NCBI GenBank assembly: GCA_964016885.1
Contig: CAXHJY010001677.1
Location: 207,626 to 271,625 of the forward strand
DNA: 64,000 nt
From: Eledone cirrhosa
Lineage: Eukaryota
Direction of reading: 5' to 3'
How positions within the stretch are numbered: the stretch's first letter is position 1; every line of letters begins with the position of its first letter. The notes beneath the pieces were generated by a model. It was not told the origin of the DNA. It searched no databases and saw only the letters and a list, made by a program, of their open reading frames with translations. The translations under genes were made by a program, and so were the position numbers. Below, one piece after another: positions 27,452 to 42,366 of this stretch.

Positions 27452-28977
27452 AATGAAAGAGAGACAACGTCAATAATATCAGCTGATTGAAATTTTTGAA
27501 AATTATACCAAGTGCATTGTGGGAATGGATCTTGCCTTTAACCATCATATTTTTACTGGAAGATACTGTATTTTATTTCCAAATAATTTTGTAAATCAGA
27601 ATTCGGAGGTGTTTATTAATATGAATAACATTCTCATTATTTAGCTGATGTTTAGATTATAATTTAACAAAGTTTTCTTACATAGAATTATGATGGAATA
27701 TTTTTAAGTAGATGCAAGCAGGAAAATAGACATTAAAAGGTGGTGATGGTGGTGGTGGTGATACTTTAAAATATACAGTTTGGTACTAAAAGGACTAAAG
27801 TTAATTATTGAAAGCAACAGATACACTTTTATCCTATTGTTGAATTTAGATGAGCAAATACAGGAAATGTATAGAAATGGTATAAATATACTTTATTCTC
27901 ATGATACTCTTCACTAAATACTGAAAACTAATCAAAGCTATTTGCTGCCTATGTTGTAGTTTAACCCTAGGTCAGCTTTGATTGAGCAGTTCTTTAATCA
28001 AAATGTTTACGGCTGTGAACATTGTCATTTTGTTTAGCAAGAACTACATAGCCTAATGCACTCATTTTTAAAGAAAAGAGGGAGTGACCTATGGAAAATT
28101 TGGTTGCTATTTCTGACAGATCAAGTACATTTGCAGAGACATTTTGTTTGCTTGTAATGCTCCCTGTTTTATTAGTCCATAGATTATTCCAGTTCTATGT
28201 GTGACCAACCAGCTATTGCAGACTGTTTATTTCAGGCTATATTAGTCTTCAAAAACTATATAAAACAGGAAGGACGAACTGGATAATGTAGCCTGAAATA
28301 AACAGATTTTGCTGCTATTTCTAGATGGCATGTTGAGTATGGAGCCTTATTCTCATTATATGGAGCCTTATCCTCCTACCCTTTAGTGACTATATTTCCA
28401 ATGAAATATATTGTATCTCAATTAAGTAAGGAATAATTTTGAAGGATTTACTAAAATGATTAATCAGAATAAAATAACATGGTTCTTATATAAAATTATG
28501 TTGAACGATTTTAATTTAAATAGGAAATCTTTAAAGTAGCTTTGTTTGTTTTTTAGAACCAGAACTTGATTTGGCCAGGTTGCTATCAAAAGAGTTGTAG
28601 TAGGTATTTTTGAATAGGATGGTCACAAAAATGCAGAGATGTTTGTGGGGTAAATGCTCTCTCTCATACTAAAATAAAATGTTGGATTAACTTTTCCTAA
28701 GATCATCAGTTTTGATGCTGAATGTTTCAGTTGTTCAATCAACATAGCATCCTGTTCCTGAAAATGAATGTGCATAACTCACTGTGTAACAAGGTTGTTC
28801 CTTTGAGATTTACAGACAGTTTTTACCTAGTTTTACTCACACAGCATGGATCAACTTGAGGCTATGGTAAATAATATTTGCACAAGATAACATGTAGTAT
28901 GATCAAACCCAAGATCTAATGATTGAAAATAAACTCCTTGACCATTTATCTATGCCATGTATTTAGACTACTGTTTT

Positions 28978-29400
28978 CATCATCATTGCTGTTTAATGTC
29001 CCTTTTTTCATGCTAGCATGAGTTAGATGAGTTATCCTCTTGTGAGCAATGCTAGGTCAGGTGAACATGTCATGCTCATACATAACCAATTTTGGCTTGG
29101 TTTCTACAGCTGGATGCCCTTCCTAGTGCCAACCTCATTTACAGTAAATACTGGGTGCTTTTTGTTGTGACAGCTATGCAACCACTTTACAGTGTGCACT
29201 GGGTGCTTTTTGTGTGACACCTACAATAAGACTTTGCAGTGTAGGCTGGGTGCTCTTTGCCATGTCACCATCATGACCACTTTACAGTGTGGGCTGGGCT
29301 ATTTTTGGTGTTGCCATCAAGACCACTTTACAGTATGGGTTGGAGGTTTCACTAGATGTATGCTTCAGCTTGTCCTCATGGAAGGTGTATGGAAGTGGGT
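28978..29400 (-). mobile_element. SINE family B with expanded internal ~38-bp repeats
   Basis: Tail (CATGCTAGCATGAGTTAGATG), GCTGGATGCCCTTCCTA and about 5 ACCACTTTACAGTGTGGGCTGGGTGC units. Confidence 0.7.
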
Positions 29401-31676
29401 GAGATGGTGCATATTATTATAAAAACAATGCTTTGGCTGATATAGCTTCTGGAAGGATATTGTAATTATAACATCCACCATTACAAACTGATTTATTCAT
29501 ACTAGTAAACCTCTCAGATCACTATATTCCATGAAAGAGATGACAAAGGAATGCAACAAGTGGAGAAAAGCTGTACTGAGAATGACATATCCAAGCCATG
29601 CACTCATGAAACAATGGATATAAAATGATAATGATGATGGCGGCTTCTGCAGTCTCTAGCTACCAAATTCCACTTACAAGTCAGTTGTCAACCCAAGACT
29701 ACAGTAGAAGAGTCTTGCATGCACAAGGTGCTGTGCAGCAGGACTGAACCACAAACCATGCAGTTGTAAGTCTTATTCATACTGGTATATTATGAATGCA
29801 GGGTTCCTATGTGAGCAGAACAAACTAAAGAACATGTAGGAAAGACGTAAAAATATTAATAAATAACACTAATCTTCATAATTAATTTTCATCGTATTTC
29901 CATGCTGAGCATGATGTGAACACATCCAAGACAAAACAAGGTTAGATAATTACATTTTACTTGTGTTCCATATTTTGACTTGGAGTGTACAGCTGTTTGT
30001 ACTTCCTAATGCCAACCACTTTACTCAAGGTATTGGGGGTATTTAATTGTAATAATTATTTCTACCATATGTACACTACCACAAATTTGTAGAGGAAGGC
30101 CACAGTCAACTAAATTCACCTCAGTCAGTGTGTGTGTCATACTTATTTTATCTACCCTGGAGGGAGGAAATGTAAAATTGGGTGGAAGTTGCACTTAAAG
30201 ACTTAATAATACACAATAATGTAAAACCTTCATTCTGGCATTCTGCCATTCTGTTCATTTAGTATATTGACATCATCATTGTTGACGTTGCATCACCATC
30301 ATCACTGTCAATGTTATGTCTATTTTCCATGATGCTATGGGTTGGATAAAGCATTTTGTAACTGAATTCTCTCAACCCTCTCTTGATATTTCAAGTAAGT
30401 TATAAATCTTTACATTTCTAACTGCTGGGCTGCCAATCCTCTATTTAGGGCATACACAAATATCCCTACCTACATTCACAGTATCAGATACTGAAAAAAG
30501 TGAAGAGACAAGCAACACACGCTTACACCCACACACACAATAATCTGTGTACATTTTCTGCCTCTTAAATTTCCCCACAAGTGACAAGTCTGCCTGACGC
30601 AATAAATTACATATTCATAAGGTTCAGTGTGATGGGATAGAACCCAAAACCAGGCGGTTTCAAAGTAATCTGTTTTACCATGTAGCCTTGCTTGCAGCTA
30701 TTAAATACAATGAGTATGTTTATAATAATAAGGATTTCTAGCTTTGGCACAAGGCCACTCGTTTTTAGAATGGATACAGTTGATTAAGTCAACCTCGCTG
30801 AGACTTATTTTAACGCAGGTAGAATGAGAAGCCACTTCAATACCAGACAGGGTTTGAATTCGAATTATAAATAGACATATCAAAACACCACAGAGCTTTA
30901 GCGATTCTGCCAGAATATCCATGTTAATATTGACAATTGAGGGTCTTGTATTATAAAACCTCATCCTTTTGCTTTTATTTCATGAGAGATTTTAATCAAT
31001 ATTTTTCTTTGGTGAACTTCAAGTGCACTAACTTTTTGTACATAAGACACTTGAGAATTATTGAAGAATATTGCACTTAAAGGTCATGTAGAGAATAGAA
31101 AGATGGAAGGTGTAGTTATTATTTATGTGGTATGCCTTTATGCTCCCTAACTTAACAGTTTGACATATACAGATAAATAAAACAATCGGTAAATGGTATT
31201 TCAGTTGATATGATTGGCTAAAAACTTGAAGGTAGTGCTCTAGAGTGGCCACAGTGCTATGACTGAATCTATTAAAAGGAGAAAACGTCTATAACAATAC
31301 ACTTATTGGTAATTATAAAACGAAATAAACATATAAACATGTGGTTTTCAATTAATAAGTGGACTGAAAAGATCAGGGAAAGAAAATAAGAGTGTAAGAA
31401 AAAGAGAGAGTGTGTATAAAATGTCATCACATTGAACAAATGCAAATGCTTTTTTATGGTCTGAAAAGGGTGGATTGGTTTGACAAATGTAATCTTAGTT
31501 TTTCGAATATAAATAATAATATTCAATTTGTTTGCAAACAACGTCTTTAAAGTCATGTCAGTAGAATCACCCCCATCATTCTTGCTCTTGTGTTGGCATT
31601 ACTAACTTCTCTCTCCAAACTCCCTATAGCTCAATCTTCTTACCCTGAACTGCATACACTTAAAAAATACACAAAC

Positions 31677-31723
<47 letters not shown>

Positions 31724-33844
31724 AATACATTTATATATATATATATATATTTATATATATGTGTGTGTAAGTTTGTATACATGTCTACATTTGTGTCTGC
31801 ATTTATGAAACTGAATTTAGCAGTTTGATAAAAAGAGAGGTCCATATAGTAAGAACCTGATATGAAATGTATGTACTGGGGTCAATATAATTGTATAAAA
31901 TCCCCTTAAGATCGTGGCTCAGCATGATTAGATTACTCTCTAATAAATGAAACAAGCAAAAATGTAGTTGAATTTGCTTTAATTAGATTGGTTAGATCTA
32001 GCATGAGAATGATAAATCAAGGGGTTAAATACGTTTCACTTTCTTTCTGCATTTCAATTATATAGTTTTATATTAAAATAATTATCATCCCTGTTATCTC
32101 AATTATTTAATCCATCCACTACAATATTTCTAATGAAGCACACTGCCTATGATTTTCAATTAATTTTAAAAATAATCGAGAATTTGCAGTGATTTGGTGA
32201 AATTAATTAATTGAGTGATTACTTATCCAGTGTTTGGTGCAAGGTTTCTAGATAGAAATATAAAGACATTAAAATAAACAATTTTGCATCATAAAACTAG
32301 AGTCATTTTCAATGGATTGCTCTTAAAATTATGAAGTCCTCAATTTACTGCTGAATACACCTACATTTTGGCAGTTCATTCTTGTTCAGATTCTATTTAA
32401 CTTGGTTAGTAGGATTTAAACTTGATGATATGTTCTACTGAAAAAAACTGGCCAACAAAAATACTTAAATGTCAGTACATAATAAATATAAATATCAAAC
32501 ACATAAACCTAAATTTTGTAACAGTAACAAATTTGATGTTACATTCACACACTCCCCAATAGTCTTTGTCATACTGTCCTTTTACTATCTACTGGTGACA
32601 AAATGGTAAACAGTCTGTAACTACCTGTGCATGACAGCATCATTCTAGAAAATTCTCTAACTTTTGAATATCACTTATAACTATCATAATGATGGTGTAT
32701 ATAAAATACTTTTTACGGCTTTCTGTTTATCATAGAATGTCAAGTGAATTGTTGGATGCAACATATCGCTATGGATGAAGATTAATTTTGAGATTTGCAC
32801 GTTATCTTTGAATTTGAAGGATTTAGAGCGAAAGGGAAAAAGAAATTGTGGATATTCCTTTAAATTCTACTTTTTATACTCTTTTTTTTTTATAGCTTTT
32901 CCCAAATCAGTTTTGCTTTTAAATTCCAAAAAAAAAATATATTGTTGTATACAAATTCATAAAAAAAAATAACCTCGATATTTTAGAATTATTATGTGAA
33001 GATCAATATCAATTTTATCCATTTAGTTATATGACTATTTTAGAAATGAGTAGATATTAAAATATATAAGGATTTGAAAGCAGGCAAAGAGTTGTGTTAG
33101 ATTATTGTTACCTCTTTCTTTTCGTCCCCTAAGCTATTATTTAAGCCTACATATCAGTAAAACCTAAACAATGGTCAGACATGAATGTTTAACAGATATG
33201 TTGTGAGATGATGGCTGTGATGGTTGTATGGTGATGTGTTGGTGATCTGAACAATGTTGGCGAAGTATGAGATAAATAGCGACCAACAAAGGAACATGTT
33301 ACAACTGTGTTGTTAAGGAATTCACTTCAGAAACATGTTCCAGGTTTAGTCCCCTTACGTTTCACATTTAGCAAGTGTTTTATACTATAAGCTCACATTG
33401 GTTGGAATTTTGTAAACGGCAACTGCAGAAGCCTGTCATATAAGTTTTTGGGTATGTATGTTTTTTTAATTACACTTGTATCTGTCTCTGTTATTTTAGC
33501 AATTCAACAAAAAATGATCATATATATACAATATTAAAAAAATAGCACAACTTGATACTGCATATATATTACATTGAATACGTTCAGTACAGTAAAAAAA
33601 AAGCACTGAAACATAGCACTGCTCCAGTTCACTTAGCTGGAAGAAATGTTTTGCTACAACATTGGTGCCAAACTGTATTGGCTTTTATCTTTCTCTTGGA
33701 GAACATTTGTTTCATACAGAAAGGAAACTTGCCTGTATGGGCAACTGATCAAACTTGCTCCCCAAAGAGGTAAACTTGTAGTCAGTCAGTGAGTAATGAA
33801 TGCAAACCCATGGCCAGTCCTGTGCTCTCATAATAATAATAACA

Positions 33845-34270
33845 ATAATGCTTTCTTAATTAGCCACACTGATCATATTAAGGATACATTAAAGAGAGTT
33901 CAAGACGATACAGTGTGGGGTTTTTTGGGGAAGAATAGAATTTATAACAGAGATTAAGAAAATAAATATTTTAAAAAACAAACATAACAAATTCCCCATA
34001 GATGAGGAAACTCCAAAGTTTACTCGTGGAGAAAGCCCACAACAGCCATGGTCACCCTGACTACTAGGGCAAGCACCTTCTCCCAGTTGTCCTCTCTCAA
34101 TACTACTGGCGCATTCTCAGGTCAGGTTTATTCACATGGGCAATTTTGCATCTCTCACCTACCTTTCAACAAACTGGCTGGAAAACAGCAGTTCCCTCTC
34201 CACCAGGTGAAACTTGAAAAAGTTAATGAGAGTGTCACTGATGAGGAACTGCCTGTCTTTAACCCTTTCA
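33845..34270 (-). mobile_element. L1/Tx1 3'-end fragment related to 12450-12910
   Basis: Minus strand shares CTCAT...CTTTTTCAAGT..CAC..GTGGAG.G.GA..TGCT..CCAG..TGAAAGGTAGGTGA with the copy at 12.5-12.6k. Confidence 0.55.
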
Positions 34271-34274
34271 GATG

Positions 34275-36025
34275 CTTCCTCCATCAATCTCTTTTACCGT
34301 GACCATGAGAAAGATAAAAACCATCTGTTCTTCCTGTTTAAAGGAGGGCAGCGGGGCAATCTTCAAGATGGATAGCCAGATCAATTGTACACATGACAGC
34401 AGATGTTTGACATAAAACCATAAGTCATAAAGAGTTTTATGAGGATGCTGAATGGATAGGGAGAGAATAAGAAACAATGGTTGAGATTGAAGAACAGGAA
34501 TGGGAATATATTACAATGAAGGAACTACCTCAAGCTTCATAGCTTCTCATCATCCCACCTCCAGTTAATGGAATGTTCCACCCATATCATCAGAAACCCT
34601 GAAAAGAATCCAAACTGGCTCACATTAGGGATAACATACCTACTCCCTAACGCAAGCAAAATGAAAATCCAAAATAACTACAGGCTGTTCACTTGTTTGA
34701 CAGCTATGTACAAAATACTTACATCTATCTTTACTGAAGTGATTTACCAGTTTCTTGATCAAAATAACATTCTTCCTCTTGAACAAAAAATATGCAAAAG
34801 AAACTCATACAGCAGCAAAACCAGCTATTTTATAAACCATATGTTACTCGAAAATGTTACATATGGGGCAGGAGTGATCATGTGGTTACTGAAAGAGCTA
34901 TAAAGTTTAGACCAAAAGACAAGAAAGATATTGACTTAATATGGGATATTTCACCCAGAGAGTGATACAGACAGATTATATGTACCGAGAAAAAGGGGAG
35001 GAAGAGGACTGATGGGGTGTGAAGACAGCATTAGAACAGAAGAAAATAACATGGTATGGTACATAAAAATTCCACAAAACTTCTGTTGCTGGAAGTTAGA
35101 ATGTAAGGGCTTTGCCAAAAATAAAAGATCGCAAAGAAAAAGCACAGTACAAGTATTTGAACATGGAGGAAACTGAAAATAAATGGAGAGAAAAAAATGT
35201 AAGGACAATTCCATTGGTGAACATAGGACAAACAGTGAAAAAAAGTTGGTTATGTATGATTAAAAGTGATCTAAAACCAGAAAGAGAAACCTTAATCTGT
35301 GCTGCTCAAGAACAATATTAACTAACTACATCAAGCATAGAGTAGACCACACAACAGAAAGTGATTAGTGTAGAATTTGTAGTACGAGTGGAGAAACTGT
35401 ATGGCATATTACCAGTCAATGTTCACCACTATCTCAGAAAGAATAGAAGAGATGTCACGACACCATAGCAAGGATAGTCCATTGGGTGATTTGTGGCAAA
35501 TATGCACTTGACAAAGCAGAAAAGTGGTACGAACATAACCCTGAGGGCATTATCAAAAATGAAGATGCAAAGATCCTGTGGGATTTTGTGATACAATGTG
35601 ACCATGAGATTGACCATAGGAGACCAGATATTGTATTAATTTATTAATTGAGAAAGAAGCAAACAGTGTTGGATCATAGATATAGCCTGTCCAGCTGATA
35701 ACAAGGTATGTGATAAATAAAGAAAAAATTGATAGGTTAGCTTGAGAGGTTAAGCAGTTGTGGTTAGTGAAAAAAGTGGTAGTAATACCAATAATAATTG
35801 GAGTCTTGGTAACTGAGTAAAGATCTTGAGAAGTACAATTAACAAATAGGTATTGCAATATGGATGAATCACTTCCACAAAACAGCATTGGTGGAACAGC
35901 TTAAATACTCCAGAGGGTACTAGAAAAATAAGGGGTGTTATCTCAGTTCACTGGTAGTGAAAAGTTAACACTGTAATACATCTCTATCATTAGACGCTGA
36001 GCGAAGAAACAATAATAATAACAAC
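34275..36025 (+). mobile_element. Dong/R4-clade (restriction-like endonuclease) LINE remnant
   Basis: PNWLTLGITYLLP..NYR..TCL..MYKILTS..LPLEQK, DTDRLYVPRKRGGRGL, ETLICAAQEQ, CRIC...ETVWHITSQC (CCHC), KILWDFVIQCDHEIDHRRPDIV, (AAT)n tail. Confidence 0.85.
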
Positions 36026-36359
36026 TATTTCTTTATAACAACAACAAAAGAAAGAGTGCCAATAATATGCAAAATGTGAATACATCAGCTTTGGCTGTTT
36101 TTTCTGTAGAAAAGTCATCTTGTTCTCAGACAACATTATGTTATTTTTTTTAATCAAATAAGATATTTAGACATTTTCATATTTTTATTTTTTTAAATTT
36201 CTATATGGTCGCCTGTTTTACTTCCAAAATCCTTCTGGCTCTAAAGAGTGTCAACATCAAATTGTTGTCGAGTAGCTTAAGTGTGATTTATTTTTTATTT
36301 ATGAAGATGTGTGAGCGTATCTATGTATGTGTGCATATATCTATGTGTATATATGTATG

Positions 36360-36556
<197 letters not shown>

Positions 36557-37146
36557 GCAAATGTTTTTAGTGGCAAAACTGTGATCGAAAATATAAAATA
36601 TAAACACTCCACCACCAAAAATACCCACTAAACAAAGAAAATGAAAACAAATCTGCCCTCAGTCTGTGTATTTGATTTCAAGTGTTAAGAAGAAATTAAT
36701 TGTTGCTGGTGTGACAGGATAAACATAATGTTAAGATGGCTACATAGATCATTTAAATATGAGTGGTTCCTTGGGGATGTGGTAGATTGTAATATTAAAA
36801 GAAAAAGGAAATCAAAAGTGAGGCATTGATGGGAGGGAGAGATAGACAGACAGACAGATGGATAGATAGATAGATGGATGGATGGTTAGATAGATAGGCA
36901 GACACACAGAGAGTGGCTGAGGAAAACAGAAAAGTAATATATGCTAAAAATAAGCTGGAAAAACAAACAGGTGAAAGGAAGGTGGGAAGAGGTTTGTATT
37001 CTAGTTAGATTAGAATAATAAGAGGAATAAATAGAAATGATAAAGATGTGGGTCTTATTCTTATCCAGTCCACTTCACATCTAGGTAGTTTCTCTTTACC
37101 AAAGCTGAACATTTTTCTCTAAATCTCCATTATATGTTGTTTTGTG

Positions 37147-37592
37147 ATAGGTGGATTGGCAGTAGTGGTAGGTTGTCAGACAACATGCTTTGCAGCATAG
37201 AGTTACGACCCTTTATGTCAGAGTTCAAATCAAGCTGGTTAGCTTTGCCTTTCATGCTTACGGGGGTCATTAAAATAAAGCACCAGCACTGGGTCAATTT
37301 AGTTGACTTTCCCCTCCCTTTCAAACTGCTGGCCTTGTGCCAAATGTTGAAACAATTATTATAAGTGCATTGGACAGGCAGTATCGGTTGAGCATCGAAC
37401 ACTATCCTTTACAACATAGAGTTACGTCCCTTCTTTTACATTCTGATATCAAATCCTGCTAAGGATAGCCTTGCCTTTCATCCTTACAAGATCAATAAAA
37501 TAAAGTACCAGTAATGCACTGGAGTCGATATAATCGACTTTCCCATGCTGTCTAAATTGCTGGCCTGGTGCCTAAATCAGAAACCATTATTA
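37147..37592 (+). mobile_element. Two tandem SINE family A copies
   Basis: A/B boxes and the GCCTTTCAT(G/C)CTTAC domain occur at ~37245 and ~37475. Confidence 0.75.
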
Positions 37593-37594
37593 TT

Positions 37595-38420
37595 AGTAAT
37601 ATTGTTATTTCCTGTTGTCACTGCATTACTGCATGCAGCTTTATATGCCTTGGATAATGTGCAGTGTATTTGTTTATGTTTTATGAATTGTATTGAGAGT
37701 ACACTTCACAATATGTGTACAGTGCCTGGGAATGCTATTTTTCATATGTTGTGAATATTTGTAAGTCCTGGAGTTTGGGTTATGTATGTCTGTGTTTTTT
37801 GTACAATGCATATAACATGTATTATTTTAAGTATTGTTTCTGTTTTAATCATCCACATTTGGACTATTTCTATCTCTAGAAATTTATATTTGGATAGTTT
37901 CTTTATTTCCTTGGTAGATATATTGTCGTCTGTGAGGATTGATATATCAGTTAGAAGATATTCTTTTTCTTTGTGGTCTTTGACTATAATATCTGGCCAG
38001 TTGCCTTTTATATCCCTGTCTATGTGTATTGGCATATCCAAGAGTATGATTGTTGTGTGTCTGTACCATCTTTCTCAGTTGGTATTTTGTAATGTTGGCA
38101 TACCTTCCAGTGTACATTAATATCAACTCTATCATGTTTGTGGATATATTCTTTTCTGGCTAAAACTGGGGAGTCAGAGATAATGTGGTAAATTATTTCC
38201 CCCCACCTCCACCCATTCCACAGTTACTTATTGTGTTCTGTTTCATTTCTAGAGGAGGGGGGCTTTGATCTAGTTCTGTGATTAGAAATCTTTCAGTGTT
38301 TTGTAGCCAGTTTTGTAAGTCTTGCTTGTTAACTTTCTCTCTATTCAGCTTTTTGGGTATTGGTGATATAAGGGTTTTACTTCATTTTTTCATGACATTC
38401 TAGAGTTCTATTTTAAATTT
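37595..38420 (-). mobile_element. Dong/R4-clade LINE 3' fragment (RLE domain)
   Basis: DMPIHIDRDIKGNWPDIIVKDHKEKEYLLTDISI..D.NI..KE..K..KY..LEIEI..MW (PD-(D/E)xK-type nuclease), (AAT)n tail. Confidence 0.8.
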
Positions 38421-38630
38421 AGATTTTTTTTTTCAAAATTTCTGTTGTTGTTTCTTTCTTTTCATTTCCCTTACAATTATCTGTCAATCCAATCTGTTTT
38501 GAATTTAGAAACAATCTGCATGACGTTCCTTTCTTGAATTTGAAAAACAAAATTCCTACCATCCATTTTTCAATTTATACAAACTTATTAATTTAATAAA
38601 TGCATAGATATATATGTATTTAATGTATGC

Positions 38631-38682
<52 letters not shown>

Positions 38683-38686
<4 letters not shown>

Positions 38687-40540
38687 ATAATAATAAATGT
38701 GAAGACTAAAATCCAAAGAGGGCTCGATAAGGATAAATATATATCAAATATATAAGAACCATAGAGCAAATATTTATTAAACTAATGTAATATTACCCTA
38801 TTCGACGTGAGTATGGGCGCCAGCGATTCGGCGGAGTTTACAGACATTATCGGCCTTTTCCTTCTTTTCTCTATCAAGGAAGAATTCGCCAATTTGGGCG
38901 GTGGTTTGTACTGCGATGACGGTCTTTTGCCTATGACAAAGTGCGGTAGCATACACCTAGGAAAAATAGATCCCGACGCATTATATGGTATAACCCACCA
39001 TATAATATAATAACATTTTTAATAGAAATACCATTAAATTATCTTACTCTACGACTCCTAACCTTGCACATAACATAACTGCTTCAAATTTAGCTAAATT
39101 ACCTAGCCGTAGGAACACGTGCAACCCTGTAGCCAGTACTAACTGTAATTGTAGGAGTCGGGTTGACTGCGCTCTATCCGGGAAATGCCTTTCCAATAAC
39201 ATTGTCTACAAATGTAATGTCGAAACACCCACGTCCTGTAGGGCCTACACAGGGTTAACTGCCAATAGATTCAAGCAGCATTTTTACATGCACACCCATT
39301 CTTTTCTTAACCCTTTAAGAAGGAATATGACGTCAATTTCAGCTTATATCTGGAGTCAACCACACCCAATATAGGTTACACTGGGAGATCCTAGCTAAGG
39401 CTAGATCGTATAACGGAAATAAAAGACCATGTTACCTTTGCGCCGCTGGAGCCCTGGAAATACTCTACGGCAATGACCACATCTTAAACAAAAAATCTGA
39501 GGCAATTTCGGCTTGTAAACCCAAATTGCATAAAACTTTCATGTATTACAGCCCCACACTATACCCTAACAGGTATTACGAACAATACGCCGATGATTTA
39601 TGTCTTGATGTGGTATCTGAGTATACTTTATGCTTATACCATTACTTATTTGTATAGGTAAGTATATCGTACCCGTATGTTTTGTGAAGGTACGTATACT
39701 TTCTCGTACGTATATATGCTTGTATGTGTTATAGGTGTATATATGATATTATATATACTGGTATATGTGTATATACTTATATGTATATGTGTATTTTGTG
39801 TTTGTGTGTGTATGCGTGTTTGCACGTATGTAAGGTGTGTATATATGTACATTGTGTTTTGGTTGACGTACGTTTGGTGAACATGTGTATTTACCTGTAG
39901 GTATGTGTATGCGTGCACTATATACGTATTTATGTGTGTATATTTATATACGTTTATATAATTATATGTATACACACACACACATATACTTTTTTATGTG
40001 TATTTGGTGTATACATTCGTATGTGTGCGGGTACAGATGTCGCGCGGGTTTATGTATGTGTGCGTGTGTTTATGTGTACGTGCATGTATATGCATGCATG
40101 GCGGGTGTTTTCGCGTATGCACGTGTATATACGTATATGGATGCGTGTATGTATATATTTAATTGTTATTGATTTTATATCCTCTGTCATTTTCGTTCTA
40201 CTAATTTATTTACATTATTCTTAACTCTGAGGCCAAGAATCATTCGGTTTCCTAAATAGAATATTAGTCTACGACTTCATTTATACCATAAACGTGGTTT
40301 TGTCTTTGCGTAATTGTTCTCTCGCACCGCATAACGACGTATTATCTTCGCTTTTTTCCGTTCTTTGCCAGGGTACGTCTTCACGAACCAAAGTATCGTC
40401 TTCCTGTTTTCCTTCGGCTGCAACGCTTTTGAAATATTTACTTCTGCGTTCACATATTGATTTTTTTAGTTTCAGAAGATCCTGTTAAGGGTGAAAGCAG
40501 CGATTCTTTGCTTAAACTTTAATCTGTTATTTTAATAAAT
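38683..40540 (+). mobile_element. Second copy of PLE family 1, 5'-truncated and internally deleted, with a short inverted 3'-extension at its 5' end
   Basis: 38683-38781 matches 5023-5120. RT fragment FDVSMGASDSAEF..GGLYCDDGL; intact CNCRSRVDC..SGKC..IVYKC..AYTGLT GIY-YIG region; pLTR homologous to 7713-8732. Flanked by (TA)n. Confidence 0.9.
40468..40518 (+). ncRNA. Type I hammerhead-like motif (U4A variant), third copy
   Basis: AGTTT-CAGAAGA-TCCTGTTAAGGGT-GAAA-GCA..TGC-TT-AAACT. Confidence 0.6.
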
Positions 40541-40645
40541 ATATATATATATATGAGAGAGAGCGAGAGAGATGCATGCATACATATAACCATTCTCACT
40601 TACACAAACACATAAGGTGCGATAGTTTGCTTGGAGCATTGTGGA

Positions 40646-41222
40646 ATATGAAAATCAAAAGTGGGTATGTTTAGAAATCCATACAATACAAGTGGATTAG
40701 AATTACCAAGGTAATAAATCATAAAGGAATTGTGAGAGATGAGGTAGAAAAAAAAAATGTGAGAGAAGAAGGAAAATAAAAGAGAAAAAATAAAGAATGT
40801 CTGAAAGTTATTCAAGAATTTATTAGTCCCAAAATCTTTCGGATTTACCATCCATTATCAAGACGGGGGTCCACAGAGGGGCTTCAGATAAATCAGAGAT
40901 TTCCTTCCTGGCAGCTGTTTATATTTTTTATTTGAAAAATCTCTTTTAAACAGGTACCAGGAAAGAAAATTCTGGTTTCTCTGATGCCCCTCCCTTCTGT
41001 GGATCTCCTCCTGATAATGGATGGTAAACCTGAAAAAATGTTGAAACTAATGAATTGCTAAGATAACTTTCAGTCATTCTTTCTTTTTTTATTTTATTTT
41101 CCTTCTTCCACTTTTTGCTTTCTACCTCATCTCTCTCAATTCTCTTCAGATTTGTTACCTTGATAATTCTAATCCACTTTCATTGTATGGTGTTCTAAAC
41201 ATACTCACTTTTCATTTTTATA
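40646..41222. repeat. ~580-bp diverged palindrome (two ~275-bp arms), each arm carrying a degenerate HHR-like motif
   Basis: 40646-40922 is the approximate reverse complement of 40945-41222. Arms read (C/T)TGATAA-TGGATGGTAAA(T/C)C(C/T)-GAAA...TAAT(A/G)AA outward. Confidence 0.8.
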
Positions 41223-41231
41223 TGTATATAT

Positions 41232-42366
41232 ATCATCATCATCATCACCATTTTACGTCCATTCTTCCATGCTAGCATGGGTTAGATGGGTTGTCCTGTT
41301 GTGGGCAATGCCAAGACGGGTGACCATGTCTTGCTCATAAGGGAACTGGTTTTGGCTTTGGACTGGGTTCTTTTATGTCATGACACCTCCATGACCACGT
41401 TGCAGTGGGAGGGGTGGGGGGCATATTGTCTATATACTTCAGCTTCGGCTTTTACCATTTGGTCATGCCACATCTTGCTCAAATGGGACTGTATATTGGC
41501 CATTTTATTTACAGCTGGATGCCCTTCCTAACACAAACAATGTTGACAGTGTGAGACTGTGTGGTCCTGTTATGATGAGGGTCTGGCCAATTGGTTGTGC
41601 TGTAACCTGCTCATAAACAGATCCATATTTGGGAGCTGGGTTGACTCATACTGAGGTAGGTCTGGCCAGTTGGTTGTGTTGAGCATTGCTCATAGTGGGG
41701 CCTGTTTTGCCTGAGGATTTCTACGGCTGTTGAATGCCCTTCCTAACACCAACCACATTTACAATATGGAACTGAGTGTTCCAGCTTATGAGGCAAGTCG
41801 GACCAGTTGGGCGAACCATACTTTGCTCACATGGGACTGTGTCTTGCCTAGGCTTTTACACATGCTAGGTGTCCTTCCTATTAGCAACCACGTTTACATT
41901 GTAGAACTGCATGTTCTCTTTATGGGGAGGGTCTTGCCTGTTGGAGGTGCCTAGACTTGTTCATACGGGACCACATTTTGACTGGCTTTTTACAACTGCT
42001 GGATGTTCTTGCTAAAGCAAAATATATTTACAGTGTGTGACTGGGTGGTCACACTTATGAGGTTAGTCTAGCCAGTTGGCCAGCTCATCCTGGACCAGAT
42101 TTTGGCTGCTCAATGTCCTTCCTAAACACCAACCACATTTACAGTGTGGAACTGGGTGGTCCCATTATGAGAAGTGTCTGGTCAGTTGGCCATGCCGTAT
42201 CCTGCTTGTAGTGGTTCTGTTATCAAAATGTGTGTGTTCGGATGGATATATAAAATCAGTTCCATATGAGCAAGATATGGTCACCTGACCTGGCATTGCC
42301 CACAACAGGAAAATACGTCTAACCCAAGCTAGCATGGAAGAATGGATGTAAAACAGTGATGATGAT

